Shown: positions 7,861 through 17,909, counted from the stretch's first letter. The stretch: DNA of 64,000 nt from an uncultured virus (IMG/VR IMGVR_UViG_3300021519_000008) (IMGVR_UViG_3300021519_000008:1-64000); one strand, 5' to 3'. The notes: a model not told the origin generated them from the letters alone. Numbers and translations are program-made.

Positions 7861-8001
7861 TTACGCTTCTACCCAAATAATACCTTCGCAGGTCTTTATC
7901 CTTAACTTTTTTACAATTCCGTTAAATGATATGCGACCTAAGATTTGTCCGTAAGGTAGGCTTCTGCCTACGATAGGTAATGGTTTAAGTATATTGTACA
8001 T
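7861..8001 (-). CDS. Small hypothetical protein (46 aa)
   Basis: Manual ORF MYNILKPLPIVGRSLPYGQ...IIWVEA; ATG 5 nt after the CTCTTCTCT motif. Confidence 0.55.
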   Translation of the reverse strand: MYNILKPLPIVGRSLPYGQILGRISFNGIVKKLRIKTCEGIIWVEA

Positions 8002-8037
8002 AGATTAGAGAAGAGAAAAAGGGGCTTTAGCCCCTAA

Positions 8038-8337
8038 TTACAGATTATGCCGATGCATATTCTTATAAAAATCTATAAGCCACCATGGTATTTCATAATA
8101 CTCAGGTTCTTGTTCAAAGTAGTAGTGGTTTTTATACCTTTTCATAACGCTTACCCAATAGTTATCTGACCAAAGGAAATAAATGTGGTACCCTCCTACT
8201 AAGAGTTGAGCAGTAGTGCTATTCTTTCTTCTTAGTTTTACAGTATTAGTAGGGGCTTGTAGTCCAAGTCTTTCTATTACTTCCGTTACTCTAACTTTTA
8301 AGTTAGCAGTTCTTTCTTGTATAGTTTGTATATCCAT
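8038..8337 (-). CDS. Hypothetical protein (start revised to 8337)
   Basis: In-frame ATG 5 nt after CTCTTCTCC; removes overlap with the upstream gene. Confidence 0.6.
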   Translation of the reverse strand: MDIQTIQERTANLKVRVTEVIERLGLQAPTNTVKLRRKNSTTAQLLVGGYHIYFLWSDNYWVSVMKRYKNHYYFEQEPEYYEIPWWLIDFYKNMHRHNL

Positions 8338-8362
8338 ACTACGGAGAAGAGAAAAAAGATGC

Positions 8363-8686
8363 CTATTGGGCATCTCTTTCTGTTCCATAGTCTATGTATC
8401 TACCATCAGGGTAGATCTCATAGTAATGCTCTACCTCTCCCTTAGAGATAAGATAGATTTGGTCACAAGTCTTAGTACGTACAGTAAGTAACAACTTACT
8501 ATCAAGGTTAATCACACAATTCTTGATGTGATTAACACTCGCCAGTATGTTCTTACATACAGTACTATCGTCAGAGGAGATAGCACCAAAGGATTTAACT
8601 ACGTTAATCTTTGGCTTAGTTGTTCTGCTTACTTGACCAGAAAGGGAAGCACACAACAGGAAGGATAGGAAGATGAAGTATTTCAT
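8363..8686 (-). CDS. Hypothetical exported protein (start revised to 8686)
   Basis: The revised start gives a clean signal peptide MKYFIFLSFLLCASLSG-Q. Confidence 0.65.
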   Translation of the reverse strand: MKYFIFLSFLLCASLSGQVSRTTKPKINVVKSFGAISSDDSTVCKNILASVNHIKNCVINLDSKLLLTVRTKTCDQIYLISKGEVEHYYEIYPDGRYIDYGTERDAQ

Positions 8687-8717
8687 AGAATAGAGAAGAG
8701 AAAAAGATAGCCAAAGG

Positions 8718-8936
8718 CTACCTCTTCTTGTCTGTCTCATTGATTATGCTTGCTATCACAAAGGCTGGCATCCATCCTAAGGCAAAGCAATACTTCACTA
8801 CCTCAGTAAACTCCTGACCATACTCCTTCACCATTCCTATTTGGAAGTACACAGTCATAAACCATCCTGCTACAATGAAGGCAATCATACTAACTACCGC
8901 AATGGTAATCAATACACTCTTAGTTATCCTATTCAT
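8718..8936 (-). CDS. Small two-TM membrane protein (start revised to 8936)
   Basis: MNRITKSVLITIAVVSMIAFIVAGWF...; ATG 5 nt after the motif. Confidence 0.6.
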   Translation of the reverse strand: MNRITKSVLITIAVVSMIAFIVAGWFMTVYFQIGMVKEYGQEFTEVVKYCFALGWMPAFVIASIINETDKKR

Positions 8937-8962
8937 ACAATAGAGAAGAGAATAACAAGACA

Positions 8963-9148
8963 TCATTGCCTTGTCATTCTTTCTTTGCAGTAGTAGTAAC
9001 AATCCATGGCATCGCTGGTTGTTTCATCCCACTCCACTCTTGTTTCCAACATCTTGTTCTTGTCACAGAACATTGAGTAGGTCATGTCTTCTGTGTAGAC
9101 TATCAACATACCATTGTAGTTTACTTCTATTGTCCTTGTATCCATCAT
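8963..9148 (-). CDS. Small hypothetical protein
   Basis: First gene of the leftward arm; the second ATG (9145) is 5 nt after the motif. Confidence 0.55.
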   Translation of the reverse strand: MMDTRTIEVNYNGMLIVYTEDMTYSMFCDKNKMLETRVEWDETTSDAMDCYYYCKERMTRQ

Positions 9149-9322
9149 CTAGAGAAGAGGATACCCATAGGCAATGCTATAGGGGGTACCCTCAGCTTGT
9201 TTTTTAGGGTAGGGGGGAGCAATTATACATCCCCCACCCTCTTATAACCATAAAGAAAAGTAGGGGGGTAAAAATTTTGGGAAAAAATCGGGGAAAATCT
9301 GTTTCAGACTTATCTTTGATTT

Positions 9323-9835
9323 ATGTATATAAGTAAGGAATTAGAGGAAACAGCTACCTGTAAGGTTTTGGTTAGTTTACAGGAGATTATGGATAAGGAG
9401 TGGGGGGATTGGAAAACTGATGATGTGTTAGTAGTATGTGTTAGTCCTGACTATAGTGGAGCTATAGGGATGCGGGTTTTACATGGGTTAAGTAGAGATA
9501 GGGTTTTTCCTTATTATGATAGTGCTGATGTTTCTTTTCCTGATAGTAGTGAGGAGTTTATTGAGGAATGTAAGTTAGAGTTTAGAGTACTTCTAGGTAT
9601 GTGGAGGATTCAGGTAAGTAAGATTGTTTTAGTTGAGGCAGGTATACTTACTGGGGGTAATTATACTTGGATGAGTAGGATGATAGAGGAGTTTGGTTTT
9701 CAGAAGCCTATTACTGTAGCACTAGTAGAGAGAGTACAGTCTAAGTTTAAGTGTGATGTGGTTGGAATGTATTGTGAGAAGATGCCTACTTTCTGGTGGG
9801 AGCAGGATAATAAGCATTGGGATGGTATAGATTAA
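9323..9835 (+). CDS. Type I phosphoribosyltransferase-like protein
   Basis: PRPP-loop-like IVLVEAGILTGGN; C-terminal FWWE resembling FPWE of purine PRTases; TATCTTTG at 9311-9318. Confidence 0.65.
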   Translation: MYISKELEETATCKVLVSLQEIMDKEWGDWKTDDVLVVCVSPDYSGAIGMRVLHGLSRDRVFPYYDSADVSFPDSSEEFIEECKLEFRVLLGMWRIQVSKIVLVEAGILTGGNYTWMSRMIEEFGFQKPITVALVERVQSKFKCDVVGMYCEKMPTFWWEQDNKHWDGID

Positions 9836-9901
9836 GTTTAGTTTAGTTTAGTTAAGTTGTTCTATTTTAAGTTTAGTTATTTAAATCTAGGTTTAGTAGG
9901 T

Positions 9902-10588
9902 TTAGTAGGTTCTAATTAGTTTAAGAATTGCTTCTTCTGTTTCTACCCAACTATGCTCTATTGCTTTGGTTACTGTATTTTCTATTTCAGAGATTAATCT
10001 AAGTTCTTTAGCCGAGGCTAAGTTACGCATTCCTTGGATGTGTTCTCCAAATACTCGTAAATTAATCTCTCTAGCGTACTTGGGGTAATCTGGTTTTTCT
10101 AAAACTCTAGATATTGCTCCGTTCATAGGTTTGAATTTATCTCCTGCTTCCATCCTATCAAAGATTAAACTATCAGTCAACCAAATAACAACCTTAGCAT
10201 ATAACATAGGATTAAGTTCCATAGCAATTAGAGTCCAGATGTAAGAATCGCATACTACGTTTCTATTTTCTCCTCTTCCTGTGGTCTTCCAAACACCTAG
10301 TTTTTTTAAGTAGTTTATAAGTCCTTGACTTTCAATCATTTCGGTAAAAACGTGAAAAGACGTTTTTATGAGATCCCTCTCATTGAGTAGGTGATATACT
10401 TTCTCTTGGGTAAATCTGAATTGTAATATATCATTAACTCTTCTTTCATTCCAACCATGCATCCACCTAGCTTTCTCATAGGCTTGTTGAAGGTCTGTTA
10501 CAGACATAAATCCATTTTTTGTTTCTTGTCTTACCTTAATCCCAAACACTTCCCTGTCTGTAGATTGCATTGTTACATTTGTTTTCAT
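9902..10588 (-). CDS. KilA-N domain DNA-binding protein
   Basis: VRQETKNGFMSVTDL, TTGRG and IAMELNPMLYAKVVIW are typical of KilA-N; own TATATTTG upstream. Confidence 0.8.
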   Translation of the reverse strand: MKTNVTMQSTDREVFGIKVRQETKNGFMSVTDLQQAYEKARWMHGWNERRVNDILQFRFTQEKVYHLLNERDLIKTSFHVFTEMIESQGLINYLKKLGVWKTTGRGENRNVVCDSYIWTLIAMELNPMLYAKVVIWLTDSLIFDRMEAGDKFKPMNGAISRVLEKPDYPKYAREINLRVFGEHIQGMRNLASAKELRLISEIENTVTKAIEHSWVETEEAILKLIRTY

Positions 10589-10658
10589 AAGTTTATAAAT
10601 ACAAATATATAAAGAAATTACTTTAGTTTATATTAATTTATATTAATTTATACTTCCC

Positions 10659-10688
10659 TTGACTTAATTTCTAGATTCTCTACATTTG
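10659..10688 (+). promoter_or_regulatory. Bacteroidota sigma-A promoter
   Basis: TTG-N19-TACATTTG. Confidence 0.7.
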
Positions 10689-10831
10689 TAAACGAGGAGG
10701 ATCAGTGTTTGTGGAGTTACGATTTCTTTGTGACTAATTTCTTAGCCATTTTTTGGAGGGTAATTAGGTAGGGATCAGATCTTTCTCCTTCATTACCCTG
10801 CCTAAGCCCTCTTTTTTCGTTAAGATATTTT

Positions 10832-11209
10832 ATGATACGTGATAACTTCTTTCTAACCCCTGGCTACTCTCAAGATTTAATGGAGGCTATTATTAAAGGC
10901 TTCTCAGAGAAGACTTATGTTTGTCCTCATGACTGGCAACAGCTTTATCAATTTAAAGAAAGGTTAGGAGTTACAATTAGGCGAGAAAATGAAAAGTGGT
11001 TTATGCTTATTAGAGGAGGAGATAACTACGGAGGAGAGTTTGAAACTCAAGTTATCGAAAGTAAAGCGATTCCGTGTTCTAAGCCTAGATTTGAGTTTCC
11101 CTACCAAAGACAAGGATTCTTAAGATATGAAGGACAAGTACAAACAGGCCACTATCTAGAGAACGGCTATATCCTAACAGAAGAAAATCAATACATCGTT
11201 TTTGAATAA
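10832..11209 (+). CDS. Hypothetical protein (possible tail-fibre-associated)
   Basis: 125-aa ORF directly upstream of the fibre gene. Confidence 0.6.
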   Translation: MIRDNFFLTPGYSQDLMEAIIKGFSEKTYVCPHDWQQLYQFKERLGVTIRRENEKWFMLIRGGDNYGGEFETQVIESKAIPCSKPRFEFPYQRQGFLRYEGQVQTGHYLENGYILTEENQYIVFE

Positions 11210-11217
11210 AACTAATT

Positions 11218-14200
11218 ATGAACTTTAAAGTATCCCAACTTAAATCCCTAACAGCAGGGCAAGTAGCAGTAGACGATTTGATCTACGTTATAGACAGTAA
11301 TCCTACAGATGGTTCTGTTAAATCTAAAAAAGTCACAGTAGGCGACTTAATTGATTCAAGGATCTACGGAATCAGTTCTAGTCAATTCGTTTTAATCACG
11401 GGTTACTATGCAAATCCTTCTTGGATCAGTTCGTTAGATTGGTCTAAGATAACAAACGCTCCTTCTTTTGTTACCTCTCTTTCGGCTTTAACAGACGTAC
11501 AACTCTCAACTCCTCTTGTAGGACAAGCTTTAGTTTATAACGGAAGTAAATGGGTAAACCAAGGAATAGGAGAACTAGACACTCTAAATTCAGTAACAAC
11601 CAGAGGTAATACTACTACTAACTCGATTACTGTAGGAGGGCTTACTATCTCTAATGGTTCTGCATCAATTACGAAAACAACTTCTGGAGCAACACTGACT
11701 CTTACTCCAAATGCTTCAGATAATGCTATTGTAATTAACAATAATGGATTTATAAAATTCACATCTGGTGCTGATTCTTTTATTAGAGGTAGCTCATCAA
11801 CCTTTGTTATTTTAGATGCTAGTTATGTATCAAAGGTTCAATTTCATTGGGGAGGAAATGCTTCGTGGATAAACACAGGGGGTAATCTCCTCATAGGAAC
11901 TACCACTGATGCTGGTTACAAGCTAGATGTAAATGGTACAATCAGAACTACAGGGACAAGTACAAACGGAGTTATATTCTACGATGGGACATATGGAGCA
12001 AAGATTTCTATGTCAAGTTACATTTTTACTATTGAAAAAGAAGGAACTTACGGTATATCAACGTATTTATTTAAATATAATGACGGAACTGCTGCTCTTT
12101 CTTTAACTGGCAATACTACTATTCTTGGAATAGGAGGTAGCGATGATGCTGTAATGCTATCTAGAAACGTATATGCAAGACATGATGCAGCTTTTGGATT
12201 TACTACTTATGCAAGTACTACAAAGTATAAAGCAATCCAAGCGATATTTACAGACAACAGTACTAGTGGTGTAGCGTTCAACTATAAAACAGGAGGTACA
12301 GATACAGAGGCAATGAGAATAACTTCTGCTGGTAATGTAGGTATAGGAACTGTTTCTCCTACTGAAAAATTGTCTATATCGGGAGGCAATATGACAATGG
12401 AAAGTGGGCGTTTTATTAAGTTTAATTACTCCACCCCTTTTTGGATTGGTGCAGATGGTACCGCTAATGGTTTTACAATATTTGATGCTACTGCAAGTTT
12501 AAGAAGATTTACTATAACTACAACGGGCAACGTTTTAATCAATACCACCACAGACGCAGGATACAAACTAGATGTAAATGGTAGTGTTCGAGCAGTAAAT
12601 GATATTACAACCAACGGTACTTTTGTTGCAACATCTACAAGTTTAAGTGGATCTGTTAAATACTTTAATCTAGTCAGAAGTACTGATGGTAATAATCCAT
12701 TCTATGTTACCTCTGATAAAGTAAATATGTACGGGGTACTTTTCCAACTAAGTAGCCAAGGAGGAGGAACTATATCTAGTGGTAATAGTGTTGGAGGGGC
12801 AAGTACATACATCACTATGAGTGGTCCAGCTTACTACTCTTCAACAAGTGGAGTAGCGGGTACATTTGCTGTAGCTGGACAATCCAATATGTCTAGTGGA
12901 ACTGCTACATTTAATACATTAACTGTATCTCCTACTATAAATAACTCAGGAACTTACTCGGGTATTTTTAGAGGATTTTACTACAACCCCACTCTTACCT
13001 CTCTTACAGGAACTACTCACAGAGCAATAGAGACAACTAGCGGAGATGTGATATTTAATGGTGGTAATGTTGGAATAGGTACTAGCAGTCCTACTTCTAA
13101 ACTTTATCTGGATGGAGGATTATTTACTAAAAAGTACTATACGGATACTGCAAGTAACACGATAAATTTTGGAAGTGCATACGAATTATTTGGAACATTA
13201 CACGCTTCATCAGGATATTCATTTTTTATTAATCCTAGTGGATGGTCTGCTGGTTGGAATGTTAAAATAGGTAACACTACTACATCTTTTGATTTTGATT
13301 ACAGTTCGGGATTTTCTGCTCCTAGAATTAATACTGAATTATTAAATTTAGGAGGAGGTATGGTTTCTTATTATAAATCCTCACCTGATACAGGATTTGC
13401 TTATAGTTCTGCAGGGGGGTGGGACTTTGTAATAAGAGGAACATCTGACGAAAAACTAAGAATAAAAGCTGGAGGTAACGTTCTTATAGGTACTACAACG
13501 GATGCAGGATTTAAATTAGATGTTAATGGGACTGCAAGAGTGCAAGGAAATGCAACAGTAACAGGTACTGCAAGTTCATTTTCTTTAGATGCAAGTAATA
13601 GAAGAGGTGTTGTAATTGGTAGTGCAAGTTCTCTTGGCAGTGTTGAATTGCGTGGAGATACATTATACAGCGGATTTCTAACATTTTCTCGTAATACAAC
13701 AGGAGAGGCAAATTTTGGTATTAATTATGTATCAGGTGCTAGTGCACTTAAAATAAGCAATACTCTAACGAGTCCTTTTTATATTACTACTCCATCTACA
13801 ACGGTGTTTGATGGATCTATTACCGCATCATCCTCTTTAGCAAGAGGATTATTAGTAAGTAACACTTTAGTAGCAGCAGCAAACAATGACGTATTAGTAG
13901 GACTAGACATCAATCCTACCTTTACTAATGGTGCATTCACGGGGGTAAGTAATTTTGCTTTGAGAGTTGCTTATGTAGCAAGTAGATATATTTCCTTTAC
14001 CCAAAGACCAGGATACGCTGACTACGGAAGAATTCAGTTTACAAATGTAACAGGTGGAGATATTTACTCTAGTTCAAAAATAGATTTAATTCCTAATGAT
14101 ACAGATCAAAGCGTTGGGTTAGGCAATGGTCTTACAAGTAGACGATTAGCTTCAAGTACAAACTATGGACTTTATGGCCCAACACCTCCAGGATTTTTAG

Positions 14201-17200
14201 TAATAGGAAACTCTGCATTTGTTGTTCTTTCTGCTAATGCAGATGTAAACACAGATAGTTTTGTATTTTCTGGACCAACAGGATCGAGACATTTCTTTAA
14301 AGTAGTACAGAACAACGTACCGTACTTTACCATAATGCCTACGGGTAACGTATTAGTTAACACAACCACAGACGCAGGATACAAACTAGATGTCAATGGG
14401 ACTGCTAGATTTCAAGGATTTACTACAGTAAGTGCTACTACTTTGGTAAACGGAGATGCGGCATTAACTATCCAATCTACAACTAATAACTCTGTTGTCG
14501 GTCAACTATATGGCATAAATAACATAGTAACAGCAAGTACAAACGTATCAAATATTTCTGGTATTAACTCAGCCGTAAATACAAGTTCGTCCGCTTCATT
14601 AATGGCAGCTGTTCAAGGTCAAGTTAATATTAGTGCAAATACAGTTACAGAAGCAAAAGGATTTACTACTAATCCAGCAGCTACAGGAACAGGAACATTT
14701 ACAAGATATATTGGATTTGACAATTTGGCTGTATTTACCGCTGGTAGTGGATCAGTAGGCTCTCAGATATTTTTAAGATCTCAATATTTAAATGCAGCTG
14801 CAAATAATATTGGTCTACTATTACAAGATGCAGCGGCTGCAACAGTAACTGGAAACTGGGCTATTCATGATCAGACTGGTTATGGCAGTTATTTTAAAGG
14901 CAGTATAGGTATAGGTACAACTACTCTTACAAGGCAATTAAACATAAGCGGAACCAATCCTGTTGCGTTGTTAAATGCAACATCTGTGTCTTATGCTGGA
15001 GTTAATTTAAAAAGTACAGCAGGAAATTTTTATGTAGCATTAGACGGTTCTACACCATCATTTGGAACTGCAAATGCATCAGTTTTTTGGAGTGAAATAA
15101 ATGCTCCTATGATCTTTGCTGTCCTAAACGTAGAAAGAGTTCGTATTCATGCAAATGGTAATTTTGCCATCGGAACCACTACTGATGCTGGGTATAAGTT
15201 GCAAGTTCAAGGGTCTGGATATTTTAATACTAATACTGCTTCTACAAATTCAATATTAAAATTAACCGATAATACTAATGGTACTGCTTGGCTAGGTATT
15301 TCCTCTGCAGTGACTACAGGATTTTTTATAGGAAGTAATGGAACAATGACTCTTGGTAAGATAACTGGAGGAGATAACTCAAGTCCAAGTACATCCTATT
15401 CTACAATTACGCTTAATCAAAATGGTGTTTCAAGTATTCAACTAGCAACAAACGTAGCAAATACAGGAATAGTATTCTCTGATGGAGTAAACGGAACGAT
15501 CAGAATGAACTTTCCAGCAGTTTCAGAAGCTGCAATTACTACTATATCCACTCATAATTTAAGCATTGGTGTAGCGTCTAGTACTGGTTCTTTGAGTTCT
15601 ACCACAATGAAGTTTTTCCAGTCTACTAATAATGTGGCAATAGGTACTACAACAGATGCTGGTTATAAATTAGACGTAAATGGATCTGTAAGAATAGTTT
15701 CTAGTTTACGGACAGATACTTTTGGAACAGATAATAACGCAACAATAGGGGGAACATTAGCCTTAAATTCCAGTATAATAGTATTAAACAAAGCACAAAC
15801 AACATACATACCGCTTGCAACAAGAAATACAACAGGTAGTGAAGTAGTATACGATCTAAGCAACATTGGTAGTATCTCAGCAACAGGAAACGTAGGTATA
15901 GGCACATCAACACCATTTGGAAAAGTAGATGTAAAAGATGGTGAGATATTTGTAACAACAAGTACCAATGCCAATTTAAGGAGTAGACTAACTTATCAAG
16001 GACTTTATGTAAGTCGCTCATCAGATGGAACTTATCCAGAACAAATTACAAGTGCAAGTAGTGCTTGGGAATATCATTCAAGAAATAGTCATGTTTTTTA
16101 TAGAGATACTCTTCCATATTTTGCAATGGGAACTTTGTTTGTTGGATCATTTATAAATGTAAATACAACAGGTAATGTCCTTATTAACACTAGTACTGAT
16201 GCTGGGTATAAACTAGACGTAAATGGTAGTGCAAGAGTAGGTTCTTTAGGATTATATGGGAATAATGGAACTATTACTGCTCCTTTAATTAAATTTAACG
16301 GTAGTAACAAAGTAAATGTAGATCCTCAAGGATACGGAACTGTTACAAACGATTCCCTTATTACAGGTAATTACATTCTAGCAAGTGGAGGAGGTATTCG
16401 TGCGAATGGTGGTTTTGGTGCAAAGTCAAGCACTAGCGTAGTATCCACGCCATTTATATCTTATGGAATATCTAGACCAGATAGTGATGCTTCTGTAAAT
16501 GCGTTGGCTGGTATGGGGGGTGTGCATGATGGTGCTACTAACTGGTTTCAAGGACTAGGGCTTGTATTCTATACATCAAATGGCCCAGATATAAGTGGGG
16601 GTTCATACCTTACAGAAAAGATGCGTTTGAGTTCTGTTGGAAATCTTGGAATAGGAACAACTTCCCCTAGTTATAAAACACAAATAAGTCAAGCAGGAGG
16701 ATCAAGTACTGCAATTTCAACTATTGCTTCTACAAACTACAACTTAGTAGTTCAAAACACTACAGACTTAGCAGGAACTTATACTGGTATAGGATTTATG
16801 AATCCTTATGATACACAGGGATATATTGGAGTTGCTCAAGTAGGAACAGGATACGGAGCAGGAGGAAATATGTTATTTGCTTTAAGACCTGCGGGAGGAG
16901 GAACTGTAATGACTGAGTATATGAGACTTACTTCTGGAGGTAACCTCTTACTAGGAACAACTACAGATTCTGCTAGATTAACAGTTAAAGGATCTGGTTC
17001 TACTTCAGCTACGAGTTCATTGTTAGTTCAAAATAGTGGGGGTACAGAAAGTTTTAAAATACAAGACGACAATATTGTAAGAACAACCTATTTAGGTGTT
17101 GGTGGTGGTACATCTACAAATAATATTGGTGGAACTACTATTGCTCAATTTGGTAATGCAGTAAGTTCAGGAGACCAATTAATAGTTGTTGACTCAGTAG

Positions 17201-17550
17201 CAGGAACTAAAAGAGGTTTTAAATTTGGAAACCAAGGTACTATTAGAATGGCCCTAATTCAAGACGGTGTTAATCTACAAATTGGAAATTTTGTAAGTAC
17301 TTTTAATCCCTATGTAACTTTTGAGTATGTAACAGGTAATGTAGGATTTGGAACTGCATCTACAAATTCATCCGCTAAAGTACAGATTGATTCCACAACG
17401 CAAGGTTTCCTTGCTCCAAGAATGACGACTGCTCAGATTAATGCTATTACTACACCAGCAGAAGGATTACAAGTTTATAATACAGACTTACATGTTATAT
17501 GTTTTTATGATGGTACAGATTGGAAAAAAGTATCTCACTCAAATATGTAA
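11218..17550 (+). CDS. Long modular tail fibre / receptor-binding protein
   Basis: 2110 aa, G/S/T-rich; about 14 GNVxIGT-type repeats (TTTDAGYKLDVNG); C-terminal STTQGFLAPRMT...GLQVYNTD module typical of Bacteroidota phage fibres. Confidence 0.85.
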   Translation: MNFKVSQLKSLTAGQVAVDDLIYVIDSNPTDGSVKSKKVTVGDLIDSRIYGISSSQFVLITGYYANPSWISSLDWSKITNAPSFVTSLSALTDVQLSTPLVGQALVYNGSKWVNQGIGELDTLNSVTTRGNTTTNSITVGGLTISNGSASITKTTSGATLTLTPNASDNAIVINNNGFIKFTSGADSFIRGSSSTFVILDASYVSKVQFHWGGNASWINTGGNLLIGTTTDAGYKLDVNGTIRTTGTSTNGVIFYDGTYGAKISMSSYIFTIEKEGTYGISTYLFKYNDGTAALSLTGNTTILGIGGSDDAVMLSRNVYARHDAAFGFTTYASTTKYKAIQAIFTDNSTSGVAFNYKTGGTDTEAMRITSAGNVGIGTVSPTEKLSISGGNMTMESGRFIKFNYSTPFWIGADGTANGFTIFDATASLRRFTITTTGNVLINTTTDAGYKLDVNGSVRAVNDITTNGTFVATSTSLSGSVKYFNLVRSTDGNNPFYVTSDKVNMYGVLFQLSSQGGGTISSGNSVGGASTYITMSGPAYYSSTSGVAGTFAVAGQSNMSSGTATFNTLTVSPTINNSGTYSGIFRGFYYNPTLTSLTGTTHRAIETTSGDVIFNGGNVGIGTSSPTSKLYLDGGLFTKKYYTDTASNTINFGSAYELFGTLHASSGYSFFINPSGWSAGWNVKIGNTTTSFDFDYSSGFSAPRINTELLNLGGGMVSYYKSSPDTGFAYSSAGGWDFVIRGTSDEKLRIKAGGNVLIGTTTDAGFKLDVNGTARVQGNATVTGTASSFSLDASNRRGVVIGSASSLGSVELRGDTLYSGFLTFSRNTTGEANFGINYVSGASALKISNTLTSPFYITTPSTTVFDGSITASSSLARGLLVSNTLVAAANNDVLVGLDINPTFTNGAFTGVSNFALRVAYVASRYISFTQRPGYADYGRIQFTNVTGGDIYSSSKIDLIPNDTDQSVGLGNGLTSRRLASSTNYGLYGPTPPGFLVIGNSAFVVLSANADVNTDSFVFSGPTGSRHFFKVVQNNVPYFTIMPTGNVLVNTTTDAGYKLDVNGTARFQGFTTVSATTLVNGDAALTIQSTTNNSVVGQLYGINNIVTASTNVSNISGINSAVNTSSSASLMAAVQGQVNISANTVTEAKGFTTNPAATGTGTFTRYIGFDNLAVFTAGSGSVGSQIFLRSQYLNAAANNIGLLLQDAAAATVTGNWAIHDQTGYGSYFKGSIGIGTTTLTRQLNISGTNPVALLNATSVSYAGVNLKSTAGNFYVALDGSTPSFGTANASVFWSEINAPMIFAVLNVERVRIHANGNFAIGTTTDAGYKLQVQGSGYFNTNTASTNSILKLTDNTNGTAWLGISSAVTTGFFIGSNGTMTLGKITGGDNSSPSTSYSTITLNQNGVSSIQLATNVANTGIVFSDGVNGTIRMNFPAVSEAAITTISTHNLSIGVASSTGSLSSTTMKFFQSTNNVAIGTTTDAGYKLDVNGSVRIVSSLRTDTFGTDNNATIGGTLALNSSIIVLNKAQTTYIPLATRNTTGSEVVYDLSNIGSISATGNVGIGTSTPFGKVDVKDGEIFVTTSTNANLRSRLTYQGLYVSRSSDGTYPEQITSASSAWEYHSRNSHVFYRDTLPYFAMGTLFVGSFINVNTTGNVLINTSTDAGYKLDVNGSARVGSLGLYGNNGTITAPLIKFNGSNKVNVDPQGYGTVTNDSLITGNYILASGGGIRANGGFGAKSSTSVVSTPFISYGISRPDSDASVNALAGMGGVHDGATNWFQGLGLVFYTSNGPDISGGSYLTEKMRLSSVGNLGIGTTSPSYKTQISQAGGSSTAISTIASTNYNLVVQNTTDLAGTYTGIGFMNPYDTQGYIGVAQVGTGYGAGGNMLFALRPAGGGTVMTEYMRLTSGGNLLLGTTTDSARLTVKGSGSTSATSSLLVQNSGGTESFKIQDDNIVRTTYLGVGGGTSTNNIGGTTIAQFGNAVSSGDQLIVVDSVAGTKRGFKFGNQGTIRMALIQDGVNLQIGNFVSTFNPYVTFEYVTGNVGFGTASTNSSAKVQIDSTTQGFLAPRMTTAQINAITTPAEGLQVYNTDLHVICFYDGTDWKKVSHSNM

Positions 17551-17562
17551 TAGGCATCTCTC

Positions 17563-17592
17563 TTGACATTTTAATCTATTAAATTATCTTTG
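17563..17592 (+). promoter_or_regulatory. Bacteroidota sigma-A promoter
   Basis: TTG-N19-TATCTTTG. Confidence 0.7.
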
Positions 17593-17621
17593 CAACGTAT
17601 ACAAAAAATTAAACTATAAAC

Positions 17622-17909
17622 ATGGCAACAAAAATTAAATCCGTTAACGTACCTGGTAAAGGTGCTGGCGAGTATTTGGACTTAACAGTTCTTTCTTTTT
17701 CTCTTTTCCCTAGCAACATCTCTTTGTACTGGGCTATTAAAGCTGAATCTATCTCTACTGACACTGAAGGAGTTGAAGTAGCAAGCGTAGGTGCCACTTT
17801 GACAGAAGGTAACTTAAGCGTTCCTGAAGCAATTGTATCCACTTGGGGTACTGATGATTCAGTAATTGCTGATTGGGCTATCGAAGAATTAGGCTTAGAA
17901 AAAGCTTAA
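17622..17909 (+). CDS. Small fibre-associated protein (possible chaperone)
   Basis: 95 aa immediately after the fibre gene. Confidence 0.55.
   Translation: MATKIKSVNVPGKGAGEYLDLTVLSFSLFPSNISLYWAIKAESISTDTEGVEVASVGATLTEGNLSVPEAIVSTWGTDDSVIADWAIEELGLEKA

Larger units (their letters stand above)
8007..9193 (-). promoter_or_regulatory. Repeated hairpin + CTCTTCTCY element (5 copies) upstream of consecutive genes
   Basis: Motif at 8007-8015, 8343-8351, 8692-8700, 8942-8950 and 9151-9159, each 5 nt from an ATG and preceded by an inverted repeat. Confidence 0.75.

Noticed and set aside
11535..16310. Short minus-strand ORFs inside the fibre gene (and similar ones inside MCP, muzzle and cargo genes)
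   Set aside because: Shadow ORFs arising from codon bias of the sense gene
11218..17550. Diversity-generating retroelement or invertible shufflon in the fibre
   Set aside because: No reverse transcriptase, adenine-specific TR/VR pair, invertase or inverted cassettes in the window
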